From assembly GCA_051530055.1 (NCBI GenBank), contig CM121342.1:15391480-15455479 (forward strand): a DNA stretch of 64,000 nucleotides, written 5' to 3'. The number at the start of each line of letters is the position of its first letter. Within the stretch, counting starts at the first letter, position 1. The position numbers were made by a program, and so were the translations under genes. Below are positions 12,621 to 28,000 of this stretch, one piece after another. The notes below the pieces were generated by a model. That model was not told the origin of the DNA. It was given only the letters and a program-made list of their open reading frames with translations, and ran no database searches. This stretch comes from Neoechinorhynchus agilis. Taxonomy: Eukaryota > Animalia > Acanthocephala.

Positions 12621-13076
12621 ATGATTTATTGGGCGTATGTAAGCGTGTAGGAAAACAATGATTAAATCTCCTAAATAGAACGGTGGTGCAACCAGAAAGA
12701 GCAAACCTATTTTCTTTGCGGATGCTCTTAGTTCGCACATACCGCTTAATGTAGACGCCAAGAGATTTGAAGTGTTTTTTTAAACGCTGGTGTGCTATAC
12801 GAAGATGACTGGGATTTATATCTTCTCAAGGCAAATTCCTTCTACGAACTGACACTGAGAATCACCGACGAGATTGGATATGTATGACGGAAATGCTGAT
12901 ACTTCATTCGGAAACCTCGTGGGAGTACATCTTCGCTCGTAAATGATACGCAGTGCATTAATAACGGGTTCTTGAAATTCACCGATTTTAAGGGGGAAGC
13001 CTCCTTCAAGTTTTTAGATCTTCTATTGGAAGTTGAGACACCAGATAAATGCACTCGACCTAACCGGAATAGATAA
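12621..13076 (+). CDS. Possible small 4-exon orphan ORF (or upstream Trio exons) ending 10 nt before the Trio ATG
   Basis: Three phase-0 GT-AG introns (GTAAGC, GTGTTT, GTATGA donors) join MIYWAY / NGGATRK..KRFE / ANSFYEL..IGY / CINNGFLKF..RNR* in frame. No homology recognised. Confidence 0.3.
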
Positions 13077-13085
13077 GAAGTATGC

Positions 13086-16000
13086 ATGAGTACAGCATCA
13101 ATGGCAGCAAATTTAAAAGCACTTCTCATACGACGAGTTGCAGTCTTGTCAGGTACATTCTTACTATTTTCTCCGTTGCTTAAATTATCTCCTATGTAAA
13201 AGGTACTCGTGATAACTCTGGGAATTTCTTCATGTTCCTCTGGCCATCTGCACCATTTAACGACGCAGAATTAAACTGTGATCGATTATCAGATACTCAC
13301 AGAGAGGAAACGGTTCATTCCCTGATCTTGTACTTTATCCGAGTTACCAAATATACGTAAGCTAAACCCTTGTTCGATAGCTTGATCATTATTACTTTCA
13401 AAAGCTATGTTGATTTAAATTGTAAATTTACTTTGGTAATCGATGGGCGACATCAAAAGACGGATGCTATAAAGCAAGCTTTAAAAGTGGTCCAGGTTTC
13501 ACACCCGTTGTAGTCTTTCTTTTACGGTTAAAAAGTAGGAGAGTTTCAATCAATATATACTAAGTGTGTTCATAATCTCAAAATCCGACGGGTTTTGGCA
13601 AAATAGGCGATTTCAGTCATCAAAATATTCATTCACCGTAAGCCATAAAACTTCGCCAACAATACGCTTAGATTTTTAAACATATTTAGGTATCTGCTGG
13701 ATTAGTGGATAACCTTTGGAAGATAGCTGATAAGAAGGACGTGATAGTTGAAGTTGGTGGAACGCTGGATTTTGATCAGTCGAGCTGGGTAGATTACAGA
13801 ATAGTGAGCCATTGTTTCTGTGCATTTCCTTTATGGCGACAGTGTCCTCTATTCAGAAAACTGAAGCCTTTCTCACCAGTACAGCACAGTTTTTGTCTGA
13901 AACAAATGTCCTAATGACGAAGTGGTCACCACCGGCAACGGCGCCTCCTGCCGTTGACCCAACACTACGACAAGCTCCAATTGAGACCTCTCATATGGGT
14001 GCTGCCCAAACGGGAGTTTCTCTACCACCGATTCGTCTGGCCGTCGATGAGGTAGACCGAGTTAAACAGTTGATTGCTGATCACGACAAAAGCAAAATGG
14101 CTAACAACAGACTTTCTGATGCTTTACAACCCTTAGTACAAGAAGCGACATCCATTATAAATCGATATGCCAATGGACAGTCTTTGTTTGTGCGACAAAC
14201 CGATATGGACCGACTTGTCAGCGCAATGCAGGCGCTCACTATGAGTGCCGATCGATGTGATAAAGCATGGAAGCAACGATCAGTCGAACTTCAAAATATG
14301 CTTTGGGTCAAATGTTTTGAACGAGATGCCAGAAAAGTCGGCTTTATTTCCTTTTTTGAATTTCGCCTATTGCCCCTTTTCTTGTAGTTGCTCGACTGGG
14401 TTGAAGATAACCAACAAATTGTATTATTGCAATTTGATGATATCGGCCATTCAACCTTGTCCGCTCAAGAACTGCAATCTGCTCACGATCAGTTCTATAG
14501 AACGTGTCTTTTAAATGCTGTATGTTTAATATATTTCTCCTTTCACTTTTTTCCTCCCGCTTATTAGGAAAGTGCGCACAGCATTGAATCATTGAGAAGC
14601 TCAGTTTATGCCATCATCGATCAATACAGTAAATCGGGTAATCGAATACATATGACTGTTGCAGTGGTGCAGCGTATTCAATTGCAATTGAGCACATTGG
14701 AGCACTGCTGGCAGACATTCAAATCGATTCTTGATTCTAGAGGAAAACTGCTTAGTGCTTCTTTGAACTTTCACCGGAAAGTCGATGAGGTTAGTTAAGA
14801 GTTTTATCATTTAGAAAAATTCGCTTAATTTTCGAAAGATGATCAGCGATCACTAGTTTTGCGCTCTTTTTGCTATAGCGAAGCATCCACCCCTTAAAAG
14901 ACTGCTATTCAATAGCGTGGAATGTCGTTGTGCGTCTTATTCTAAGATGATCTTCCCCGGGACTTCAATGCTTCAGCAATTACGTGCTCATATAGTAATC
15001 ATTCTCGCGAAATATACGTGATTGTTTTTAATACGATTTATAAAATATCTCGAAAAATTTATTTACCATTTGACTGTTTTCGTCCATTCAGATTACTGCG
15101 TTCGACGCTCCTGCTTTTTTCTGATGGATTGGTGTGGTATATTACCCATAAAGCTATCTCTTAATTGTTTATTAAGCCGCTTTTTCGTTAATGACCGTCC
15201 GCCATCCTTACAGTACTCCTCCCAAATCCCAGAATGGATGAGTGAATGCGGAAAGACGTTGATGTCCGAATACAATGTGAAGAGTCTCGAGGAGATCTCC
15301 CATGCTCACCACGATTTGTCTGATAATATCGGCAGAAGCTATGCTGAGGTTTGTTTACTTTCTCGTAGATTGTGTGGACCGTATTATCATTCTGAGACAA
15401 AAAGGTTTGTTACTGGGGAAAGATTATTCTGGATGTACTAAAACGAGAGCATGCTGTAATTGGAGATTGCCAATCAGAATCTGCTCAAATGTCAATGGCA
15501 TACATCTATTCTGTTGTGAATAAGGTTGGTTTTGTTGTTGTTCTTGATTTGACTATCTCGCCTAATTGTACATATGCAGGCGTTCCACCATCAAAAATCC
15601 TTGGAAAAAGCATGGGTAGAGAAACGAATCTTTCTTCAAGATCTCACTAGAAAAGCAATATATCTAGAAGATGTAGCACAGGTTGGTTGGGTGTCTATAG
15701 AACCTTTTGTTTATTGTTGATGCCATGGGCAAGGTTTCTCGATATATATCCGACCATGGGGAGAATTTTCTGACTAAGAATAAATCGATAGGACGGTCTT
15801 TGACTCGTGCTAGAGCGCTTCTCGAAGCGCATGTTCAATTCGAGATGATGATGAAGGTGAGTGTACCTCTATCGTTCTTTTAATGTGCACAATAGACACT
15901 CTCCACTTGTTGCTATAGAATACAATCAAACATGCGAGACAATTGATCGACGCTGCTATTTGCGGATCCTTTTCGCCGTCATCTTCCTTGAACAATGAGC

Positions 16001-19000
16001 GCATTAGTGCTCTGTGTCAAAATAACGACAACACTAACGTCAGCCACGATGAGTTCTCGGGTGCAATCAGTACTTTTGCAGGCGAAATTCGGGTTGCTTC
16101 ATCATTGGAAAGCAAATTGAAGAAATTCATTGATAAAGTCGATCAACGGCGCGGTCTACTAACGCGCGCTGTAGCCTATTATACTCATTTCAAGGAACTT
16201 ACGATTTGTCTCAAGGATGTAGAGAATAAAATGGGAAGGCGAAGTCCGATGTTTTCGGAATCTGCCGAACAGAGAGAGATCGACGAATTCGATCGACAAA
16301 TTCAACAACTCAGTCTTTATAAGGATAAAGGCGTAGAAGCGTGTGAAAGGGTTCTCAACGAAGGAACTGAATTAGCCTCAGATTTACGGTAAGGTCCCTT
16401 TTACTTTGCAATTTCTAATCCTAACTTGAAAGTCGGTATTGTGAAGGAAAGGATGAACCCACATCCAATCTTGAACAAATTGACGGTAACTATTAAATAT
16501 AGATGGTTTAAAATTATAAACGCAAAATAACTACCTCAGGAATGACGGAAAATGTGAAGGAACGGATGATGACAATTGAAAAGTTGTTTCAAGCTGCTAG
16601 GTGTCACCACGAGTTTATTCTCAGTCTTGCAACCTTTGAACAAGATGCAATTGAGGTGATCCGTTTTCGATTTTTTCATTTCCATCCATGAAATTGTAGG
16701 CAAAAAGTCAACTAAATAAGGCAGTGGCAACTAATAAAGTTGGCACCGATCAGGACATCGAAGGAAAGAAGCGAGATAGTAGCACAAGCGGCAACAATAG
16801 ACGGACGCCGGTAGCATTTGCGGCCTTCTCAGCCAACGAACGAGTTTGTGCCATTATTCAAACTACAAGCCAACGAGGGCGTGAACTTCTAAATGTAAAT
16901 TATCTGAAAAACTTCCGCCGCGACCTTTAGCCGTTGAGCATTTAAAGAATCAGATTTTTCTAGCAAAACTGTAAAGCGATCCAATCACGTTTTACTGCGA
17001 ACTTCAAGTTTCGCATAATCCCTTTATTAGTTGCTCGAAGTTATTAAGTTCTTGCTTCGTAAACCCCGAAGGGCTTTCAAGCTGGATAATAGTTATCAGA
17101 AACTGCATTGGAGATAATTATGGGTCATCTGCAATTCGCCACTTAATTGCTATTGTCTCACAGTAAGGCAAATTTTATCCAATAAGCTTGCAAGACGATA
17201 TTAGTTAGAGTAGTAGACCATAGTGCCCAAAAAACAACGTTTGAAGATTGATTAAATTAAAGGTGGCAGGTTATTGAAAAATAGAAGAATGGTTATTTAG
17301 TCCGAGCTTAATTTCGGTAATTCTTGGAGCCATTAGATTGACATATAAACTCTTATAAGAAATCCAGAAAATCTTATTTTACCATGTCGAAATTTTTTCG
17401 CTGTCTGTGTTCAATGTAAAACATTTCCGTAAAATTTTTAACGTTCCAAAATTCTCTAGTATCTCGAAAGTGAGGACGACGCTGGATTAAAGCTTAGTGA
17501 CGACGAACGAGCCGTATATGTTCAACGTATTCGACACCATCTTCATAGTATTGATGAGGGATCCAACATTTTGGCTCAGTTTGCTGAGGATCAACGACGA
17601 AAACTCGTTTGTCGAGCCGAATTCTTTAGATTTCAGCAATGTTGCATAAAGGCAAGTTCTGATTATTATTTTTTCGATCATACGCCTCTGACTCAAGTCC
17701 AATTAGATCATAGAATGGATTTCCGATGCCGATCATAGGCTAAATTCATCATTCAACCTGGCGTTATCTTTCGAGCAAGCTGCTGCATGCAAACAGTCGC
17801 ACGAGGGAATAATATCGATGGTAGAGGTAGGTTGAGTGAGTCCTGCACGATGCAGATTAAGCAAAAAAGATTTATCAACACTAGGAGATATCAGTTGTGA
17901 TGAATACATTGGCCAGACGTTACGATGCGATTAGAAAATACCAATCCTCAGGCGCAGCCGGGCTACTTGCTGAAGCCGAGTCTCTACTGACTCGAACAAC
18001 GTCCAATTGGGAACGATTAGTCGCTCATATTGATGATAGACATCGATTGATCAACATCCAGCTCACTTTTTATTCAAATTTTGATCGAGTCTTTAACCGC
18101 TTAAGACAGTTAATTAGTCAATACAGCAATCAAAGTCTTAAAATAATCGAAATGGTTCGTTCGAGGACTCTCAATGCTCAAGCTGTTTTGGGTTCAAAAA
18201 TTGCGAAAATTGAAGAAGACAAGCATGTCTTAATGAAGTCTTGCAACAATGTTAGGCGGATAGCAGAAAGTTTCCTCAAATGCTCGCAAAAGAATTGCGC
18301 TCTACAGGACCCATCTAATCAATCCAGTATGATTGCTTTGAAAAATCTTTTAACAAGTAAGTACCCTTTCAAATCACTTTTCAAAAACATTCAGGCCTCC
18401 TTCCTTTGCATTAATCAACTAAATTATCTATTTAATCGGCTTTACCTGATATGAGGTTTTTTCTCTGAAGCCGTTTATATTCGTTTTTGGCTGTCATTTT
18501 TTAATCAAAGCAAAGTCACTGCTTTTGCCTGTCTCACAAAAACTACTTGGTTACTTATTTTCCTATTAATTGCGACAAAAGATTTTTAAAATTACACTAA
18601 TTAAATCATTTTGCACCTAAATTCTCTTTCATCGCTTTCCATAGGATCAGATATTCCAACTAATAGATTCAAAGGGGAAATTATTCCTTTATTTTGCTTG
18701 TTGTATGCATCTCATGCCGTGACATGAACTTGGTTTCCCAACTGTATTGGGTGTATTGAAGTCCTTCGCTAGCTAGAACCGCATTTCAGGTTGTCAAGAA
18801 CTACGAAATGTCTTAATGTTTTGACAATCTTCCCTTGATGGCAATGAAGATGTCTTATATGTAGTTTTTCGCGTTGCACGACGTGATTTAATCAGACAAC
18901 CCGAATCACTCACGACAGGTTCTCAAGTTTTTCGGCTATAAATTCCATTTTGTTAGCCAAACGATAGGTATAATCTAAACGATCATCGATAATTTTTGTT

Positions 19001-22000
19001 TTAACAATATCTTAATAATTTTTATAAGGTCTTTTAGATTTCACCCATGACTGAGAAGATGATTAATTGCACTTTTAAAATTAGAAACCTCACCTAGTGT
19101 TTTTCTATAGATTAAAATCATGTTACTAAAGTCTCCAAATCTTTTTATTAGTTTTGGATTTTGAAGGCTAATAAATATACACCGCGTGTTATAAATGCTA
19201 AGAATGCATTCTTGATAATCTTTTAGATACTTTCAACGTTTATATAACTTGTTGGCAAGCTGCGCTTAAATTGTATGTTTCATGATTATATTGATCGTTA
19301 CCGAAGAAATTCTTGCAACCGGTTTGCCATAAAAAAAGAATTGTGCCGCAAAAAGCTGTTGAAAAGTGACAATTGGAACTCGCGTTACTTTTTATAGTAA
19401 AAACACAGAGAAACACCAAGTTTGCATATTTAACGTCATCCATAGTCAATTGGAATTTTGTACTTTTATAATTTTTTAAAAGTTTTACGGCTTACGGAAG
19501 CACGTCAATAAGAAACAAAAATTATAACTTTTATATTATATGAAGCTTTGACTTTCACTAACAAAATCAGTCGGTTTTTTGAAAATTTCAAACTGAAAAT
19601 TAATACAAGTAAGTAAATAGTTTCTAGTGCGTTTAGTAAACCTGAATTTACATGATTAGCTCTATTTTCTGTCTACTTTCAGGGTGTAATTGAAAGTGGA
19701 TATTTGTTTTTATAATCGAGCGACTTCTATTTTTTGGTATAATTTTTGAGCCATTTAACGTACTCTCAATCTTATATCTGCTTTCCTTATATCAGACATT
19801 TTTCTTACCTTGTATGTTCCTATTTATTAACCCAAAACAATCTAGCCGATGACTTAAAATGAAAGTGTTGATTAGTAATTCGATTCGTTTGTATCACCTT
19901 GACAAAGCATGTCTCAAGTCCGTTTTCGAAGATATGATGTCTCAAGGATGTCAGATTGGCACCTTGTTAGGTTTTTGCTTCTTAACGACGATAGCCAGAG
20001 AGTTTATACGGGAAATTTTCTTCAGAAGCCTTGGTAGCACCTTTTGTTAATATCACGCTTGTGCGCACTTATTTGAAGCGATTTAGTTGAACTCTTGTTT
20101 ATTCATATTTCTTCAAAGATTCCTTTCTGAGTTATCTACACGATCACCAATACAGTGATTATCATGTTTGCGTAAACAGATGAAGTATAGGTAGAACTAA
20201 AAGCTCTATCAGCCATTTAAAGTGGACTTAAGTTTTCATGCATAAAGATATTTTATTGATTTTTATGATCATCTGCATTTTTGAATCCATATCGCATTGA
20301 GCACTAGTTGTACGGCATTGTAGCACAGGAAAATCTCTTTCAGTCGGTTTGCTGAGCATTTTTACCAAAGTGAAAAGTGTGAAAACAATCGCTTTCCTTT
20401 CTTAGAATCCGATTTTTCGTCGTAGATAAAGATTCTAGCTGTTATGTTCATATTGTGGGACATCACTTGTCTTACCGTTCCTCTTGTAAAATGAACGATT
20501 TCTGCATTTTTTCATTGCAACTCATGATTGTTCCAACTTTTTTCTTATAATATCCGGCAATACGTTTCCAAACGTGTCTTAAATTGCAAATCAACTCCAT
20601 ATAAGGAAAGTTAGCGCCTCGCAAACAATTTCCATCCGTATATGCGAGGACAATCCTTAAAACAAAATGTCAGCAGCCTCTTGCTTTTGAAATTTTCTTT
20701 ACATTGACATTTTAATCTATTCAAAGCATATTTATGCGGCCCACTGTGTACTCTAAAGATTTCTTCCTTGATTCCAAAACATCTGAGTATTCCAACACAG
20801 AACCATCGTTTCAAGTTGAGAAGTCTTACAAGCGCTCTACGTTAAAGAAATGTTTCACTCACATGTCTGACTGCACAATACTGCAGTTCTCGTTAGCAGC
20901 TTTTAGAGAAGTTATTCCATGCGAAAGTTATTAAAAGCAACTTGAAAAGATGACTAACTTCAGACAGGGACACGAGAATCAGGTTTCCTCCCTAGATTAC
21001 TTTCCCACTTTTTAAAGACCTTTCAGCTGGCTTGAGTACACGAAATTGAAATGAGTTTTGACCCGTTTTGCAGAAATGCGAATGCTTATTGTGTAACCGA
21101 TACGTTGAATTAATTTGTTTCTATCAAGAATTTTTTGCCTCTTGGGAAATGAACTAAATTACTCGATTTCTAAAATCTCTTTAAAATAACTCTTGTGTAA
21201 ACGAAATTTCTATTCTGTGCTTCGCCTTTTCGAGTGCAAAACTTTTGGTCTGAGTGCTGTAAATGAAGTCGTGCTGTCCGCGTAATGAGTTTTGTTTTGC
21301 TGTGTTATTTTAAATTTATCTGAGTTTTAACTTTTATAATTACATGGATTGTATTTGTGAGCAACTAGGACAACATGAACATTTCGACTAACACTCCACA
21401 AGTTTTGACCGCTTATTATGGAAAAAATTAATCATTGAAGAGAATTTTGCAATAGGTATATTTAGTTTTGTAGGGTGGTTCGTAAAAATCTTCTTTAAAT
21501 CATTTTATTACATTCCCATAAGGTATTCCTAAATCCGTACAAGCGAAATTGATAGCTGTAGTTTCTAACAATACCATTTACTTTTAAGAAGTTTGATCAA
21601 TTTAAAAACAAAACAAAAATTTTGGTTGAGAAATTTTCACAGAAATGTTTGCTAATAGTCCGAAACTGTTTTCGCGTTCGAAATAAGTAAAGAAACTAAA
21701 TATTTTCCCAGTGTTTTTCACAGTGAAACTTGAGATGATATAAATAGTGCGCAAACTATACCTTTAAATTTGACATGCACTTGATCCATGGCGTAAACCC
21801 GACGTGCAACAGTTGACCTTCCTAAGACTTACGATCAATGGACGTCTGGCGCGTGACCAGACTAAATGAACTTAAGTTTGTCTCCCAATTTTCCCGCTTC
21901 ACTTGCCCCTTCTCCTGTCGTCCTAATATTTACAAAGTCTGTATTGTTCTTGATATGCGTTCGGGGGTGCCCTACCTTCTACGACCGCAACCAACCATAA

Positions 22001-25000
22001 TTGTCTTCCAACATTCGTCTTTACTTAGATCGGCTCTACAATCTACATACAAGTGAGAATAATATCCTTTTAATTTGGACTGGTTATCGTCGCACTCTGG
22101 ATCAATCAAATCAATTTTTAATATTTGATCATCGAGCTCGACAACTCATCAATTGGATCGAGTCAACCGAGTACAGCCTAAATGAATCGCGACTTCTGCA
22201 GAACAAATGCGCTGAACATGAAACCGAACATAGTTTACTTCTGAAACAACACGAGGACTTTGGACGATTGGTCAGAACCCTGCGTGAGAAAAAGCGTACT
22301 ATTCAAGACTTAATCAATATCGCAGATAATTTGGCCGATGTTGAGCATCGATATGCTGGCGATGTTAAATGCCTATGTTCTCAGGTCGAGTTTAGGTTCG
22401 CTCAATTTATTCTTGATGTCGAGAAGGAGAAACAACGAATCGAAGAAAGTATTGGCTTTGTTCAACATGAACCCATAGACATAAGTTCTCAACAATGCCA
22501 AACCGGAAATGATCAAAACTGGCCGCCTTTCAATAAGAGAGATGGCCATGGACGAAAAAGACGGCACGATTTCATCGTTGCTGAACTCCTTCAAACCGAA
22601 CGGGCCTACGTAAATGACCTTCAATGCTGTATAAATGTTGGTTCTGTTTGCAATTGGAAAAATTCATCGCTAGTTTTGATTTAGGTATATTTAAAAGCGT
22701 CGAGATCCGAAGATGCTCCCGATTCCGTTAAGAACCGCGAAACGTCGATTTTCGGAAATATTGAGGATATTTTTGCTTTTCACAATAAGTGAGTATTTTA
22801 TAACTTAAAGGGTCAATTTTGATTGTTACAGGATTCCTGCGGAAATGTTGCCTTTTTTCATGGGAATCAATGCATAGTGTGTTTTAACGGCAAGCTTCAA
22901 CCTCTCTCGGTTTCCAATTGTGGAAACCTTAGGTGCTTATATTCCTAAATGATTTGCACGCCTTATACTTAGCTGTAGGTTTAGATCGATCGATAGAACG
23001 TTCACAGTTTTCAAAGTATATTTGCTTAACGTCGCAACTGTGGGTTGCGTTAAAATTATTTGACATTAGAATTAATTGATATCATTTTTCGTTTATTTTC
23101 GGTCTTTATTACCCTTATTGTGCATAGTAATTCACGAAACCTTCTCATTTCGCCACAAAATTACGAGATCTTTTGAGATGTGGTTTCAAAGAAGTTCATT
23201 AACTTTCGCAATGTATCATCTGTCTATAACATTTTAATCGGAAACTTGACATTATCTTTTCTGACGGATACTCTAACGATTTCATGGAGCCCTGAATAAG
23301 GATTTGACATTATGACCGTTTGTGAAAATGTCAAGGTATTGAGTGCCATTTTAAGATGGTTGGAATAATGTGGCACAAAGTGGCATTACTATGTAATAAC
23401 TTCGCTCTTTCCATTTGCAGTGTATTCTTAAAAGAACTAGTTCGCTACGAGTCTATGTCAGAGGACATCGGCCACTGCTTCGTTACAACATGGGTAGAAA
23501 GGATCCCGATATACGTTTCCTATTGCATGAACAAAGACATGAATAATTCTGTGCTGGACGATCGAAGTCTAATGCAATTCTTTGACTCCGTTCACGCATG
23601 TCACCAAAATCCACCGATCGAACCGATCGGATCGTTTTTGATTAAACCCGTTCAGCGAATAACCAAATACCAACTTCTTCTAAAAGATTTAATATCAAGC
23701 AGCTTGGGGCAAATTGAGGAACTGCAGGAAGCATTAGATTTGATGCTTCAGATCCCACGGAAGGCGAACGACGCGATTCATTTTAATTATCTTGATGGAT
23801 TGATTGAGGACGGGTTCAAGAAGGAGCAACTAGGTGATGTCATCAAGCAAGAATCGTTTCTAGTTTGCGATAACAAACAAATGTTTAAAAAGCTTAAAGA
23901 AAGGCGACTCTTCCTATTCGAAGTGGCGTTAATCTTTGCGAAGGAGGTTAAGTCTAGCAATGGTGGAACTCGGTATACGTATAAAACTAAACTTTTAACG
24001 GCTGAACTCGGTCTCTCTGAACACATTGAGAATGACAATCTCAAATTTTCTCTATGGACTAAGAATGGGCCTCTCAATGATCACAAGTTGGTCTTGAAGG
24101 CGCCGAATCTTCACGTGAAAAATGAGTGGATAAAGGCAATTCGTGATATTGCTCAAAATAGGTTTTTATACGGACAATCACGTTTGTCTCGTGGAAATGG
24201 AATGTTTTTATTGACATCCGGATCATCATCATCTGCAAGTTCGTCTCTATCAGTGGCCGTGCCAATCGCGCCGATCGTTCGAAGACGACGTCAAGAGCGT
24301 CCTGCAACCACATCGATTTGTTCATGGGCTTCCACGGACAGTAACCCAATACTTCAATCCAAAAATGCTCAATCTGTTTCTCATGGTCTTAACATGGCAC
24401 CCGCCGACAAAACGTTCGAGCGGATCAATAATGTTCGAAGGCGTAAAAGACGAAAGCGGGCTATTGTGGCAAGTGGACCTTTTGTATCGGCAGTAACAAC
24501 AAAGTGAGTTTTGTTTTGTAATTTTGCCTACAATTGAGATGATACCCTAGGCGACGAGTAAAAAGATGGGCTGCTAATGGGAATTGTGCATTCAAGTCCT
24601 TGAAGGTATACACTTCGGTGCATAGTAATCAACTTGACGAACACATGAGAAATAGTATTTTCGTATGAGGCCCCTCAACCATAGTCGCACCCAGCACCCA
24701 CAAATCTATAAGTATGTCTTGGTGTGTAAATACCAGCACGCAACATCGCACACCCACATCCCGACTCAGACACATTCACATCCTACCAATATATATGGCC
24801 TAGCCAACTCATTGCTTTCTTGTCGCATTCAAACGATAATGTCGGAATCTTCTCAAACGTCGAGATCCAAGTCGTTGTTCCCGGGGAGTACTGCAAGCAA
24901 CACGAACATTTCTCCGGCCAAAGGTTTCCGACGGAGCGTTTTCAACTTGTTGAGAAGATCGCTATCAACAGCTCACGATATTCTGCCAAAAACTTCTCGA

Positions 25001-28000
25001 CCACCGCTGGTTGGTAATCTGATATAGGTTTTAACAAATCACATTTAAATAGTCCATCAATGTTTGCTATAAAGCACCGTTGCTCAAACGCACACTCCAT
25101 GGTGCACTCCGTTTTTGCCTTCAGACAGACTTCCCTTCTGTCATTCCAACAATATCTAATTATAAACTTCTCTTTTGAGAATCTACCAACATAAAGCTTG
25201 GATTCTCGTGTAAAACATCAGAAATGGTGCCAACTTCCTTGTGCTTTTCGTCGCCTTTGTGTCACACGATTACTACTTGAAGTTTGACGAAAAGAAGGTT
25301 ACTTTGGAAACGATTGACAAAATTCACTGTCCCAAAAACTTTTCAAAATGTTTCATTCAAATCTTTGTCATTTTATTGTTCAAATTGTCCTCAGGGCACG
25401 CCAATGTCACTTTCAATAACTACCGGGAGACGAAAATATATTTTAAGCGCTTGTTAATTTGCATTCGAATGTGCAATTTTTAACAAATAACGGCGATTCA
25501 AAACGTATAAAGTCATTAATTCTCGGATTTTTAGAACATTTTTTCGTCCTTCGAATTCGCTTAAATGTTTTCCATCGTGCCGATTTAAATTTGTATGATC
25601 CCATCGACACTGCATACTTTTTCATTGCGTCTTGTGGGCACTATGAATGAAATTCGGTGTTTTATTAATCACTACCAATGTATTATGCCGCATATAGTTC
25701 ACCAGCACTAATGTCAATTCATTTTAGCCCTGCCGACTCTTGTTTCTTTTACGACCTTCCTTCACTCCTTGCTAATCTTCTTAGGCTGCGCGCTTAAGAC
25801 TTTCCTAGGTAACAATAACAAAAATAGGGAAAAATTGCTACATATCTTCGGTCTAATAACTGTCCAAATGTACCGTTTAGTTATAGATATAAGAACTTTT
25901 AAGTCATCCTTGCCCAGTTTTAGTTTTTTAACTTAATTCAAGGTTACTAATAACATATCGGTTTATTTCTATTTATCCAATTTTTGTACGAATATAATTT
26001 TCCTTGGTGTGTCATTTACTTGATTTGTTCGAATTTTTGCCTATCTTAAGTTTAAAAACAGAATCGCGATTGCACCCAAGATGTTTGCAACTGGCAGATT
26101 AGCTTTTCCTACTAATGAATGGCGGCATTTGTATGAATTCATCGTCCCTTGGGAAATAAAGATGCTAACAAAGCGGAAGTTGACGGAATCCCTGATCCTA
26201 AATGGAGCCATAATTATTTTATATCATAACGTACGCTTACAACTCTTCACTAAAAGAGTCCATAACTCATTTTAGTGTCATAGCTACCATCTGTTCTGCC
26301 TCTCTCAAGCCCAGGAAGCTGTTTTCCCATTCGGTTCCACCGATACATGGCTTCTTACTTTGGATTTTCACGCATTATTCAGCTCTTGTGTTTGTTGGTA
26401 GCTGCCGCGCTGCTTAAACACAAGCAAGATTAATCCTGTATCTTATTTGAAATTCAAACAGATCAACTGCTTTGCCGTTTGCTAATCTCCACATCCGGCG
26501 CCCAACTCATTTCTCCGCTTCTTGGTTGCAATGATCGTCATCCAACACGTTATTGCTTCATTGCCCTAAAACGGGTTTAAGAAAAACGAAGGAGAACAAC
26601 GGAGAAACACATCATAATCGCAGCAAACTTAGTTTAACATTCTTATAGATTTGTGTGTGGTGCTTTCGTGCAGAAAACAAGCATTTATGGATAAATTCTA
26701 AAATGCTAGCTATCATATCATTCATTCGCCGTCGTTTCACCTCTTCACAGACTTCACAAAAAAAACAAGATGATGAAGACCACAAACAACTGAGCAAAGA
26801 AGCTGGTACAGTTATATCGAGTAAAAACCGCTATCTGAGTTTGAAGGAAAAACTTATGCCGTTGGATACGGGGAAAAATGCACCCGTGGTAAGCGTTTCT
26901 TGTTTCATTTTGATGCATTTTTATTTTGTTCATAAAATTTATTAGTTAGAAGATCGGGATCCCGATAGCTTAGCGTCCTACAGACAAGCCATTTCTAATA
27001 TTATATGCGAATTGAAGGAGACAGAACGAGAATATGTTCGACAATTGGCTGCACTGGTAAATGTAAGTTTCACACTTCGAAGAAAAAAGTTACTTCAAAT
27101 TCAAAAAATGCGCTTTTAAATAAGTAAACACTTTAGTTGCACAATTATGAAGTCTTTATACAAAATTATCAAATTTAATTACAGGAGATCATTGATTCAG
27201 AATTTCTATTGGTTGCCGCAATGAAAATTTGACAGTGTTGCGATTTTGACATTTTATCTTCGGGATTGCTCCTGAAGTCGAAATTTAGCAGAACTTAAAT
27301 TATCTGTATTTCTGAATTGTGAATAAAGATGACTAAAATAGATTATTATTAAAATTTGCGTTTCACGTATATCATTAAAAACAAATCGCTGTTCGTTTAC
27401 GTAGGATACATGATTCTTTAAAAATAAATATAAACTTTTGGATGTGGTGATCATGCTGAATTAAAATATTTCGCGGCCTGGCATAATGATTACCACATCT
27501 CCAACTCTATCATCCGAAGGATTTTCTTTGGATGAATAAAAACATACGCCTCGATGTTTTGTCAAACAAAATTTTCTATGAAATAATTCAACCTTAAAAA
27601 GAGTGGTTTATAATAATAACACGTTTTATTTGTTAAAGCACCAAAAAAAGGGCCCATGTACCTTTGGTTTCACAATGTACTTTTGTGTCTGAACGTAACT
27701 TGTTTAGACTTATATCCATCCTAAGGATATTCACGTGAGGAAACCGGTCCAACTTCAATCTCGCGAGAAACATGCATATGGGAATATTGAACAAATATAT
27801 GAGCTCCATAGAGACAAAATTCAGACTGAACTCAACAATTGTGGTGAAAATATGGAGAACATATGTTCGATATTCCGACCAAAACGCTTTTCGCCGTATA
27901 TAAAATACTACGAAAATCAGCCAAGGGCAAATCTTGTATACCTTGAATTCAAAGAATACTTTGAACAGATACGAATGACATCGTATTCAAGCAGCAATTC

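Noticed and set aside
12883-12895. TATGACGGAAATG resembles the CTH insertion ends
   Set aside because: It sits at an ordinary GTATGA donor with no partner arm or closing TA; a match this short in AT-rich DNA can be chance.
23240-23340. CTTGACATT inverted/direct repeats inside a Trio intron
   Set aside because: Short and low complexity, with offsets from the nearest TAs that are very unequal; no coding test is possible.
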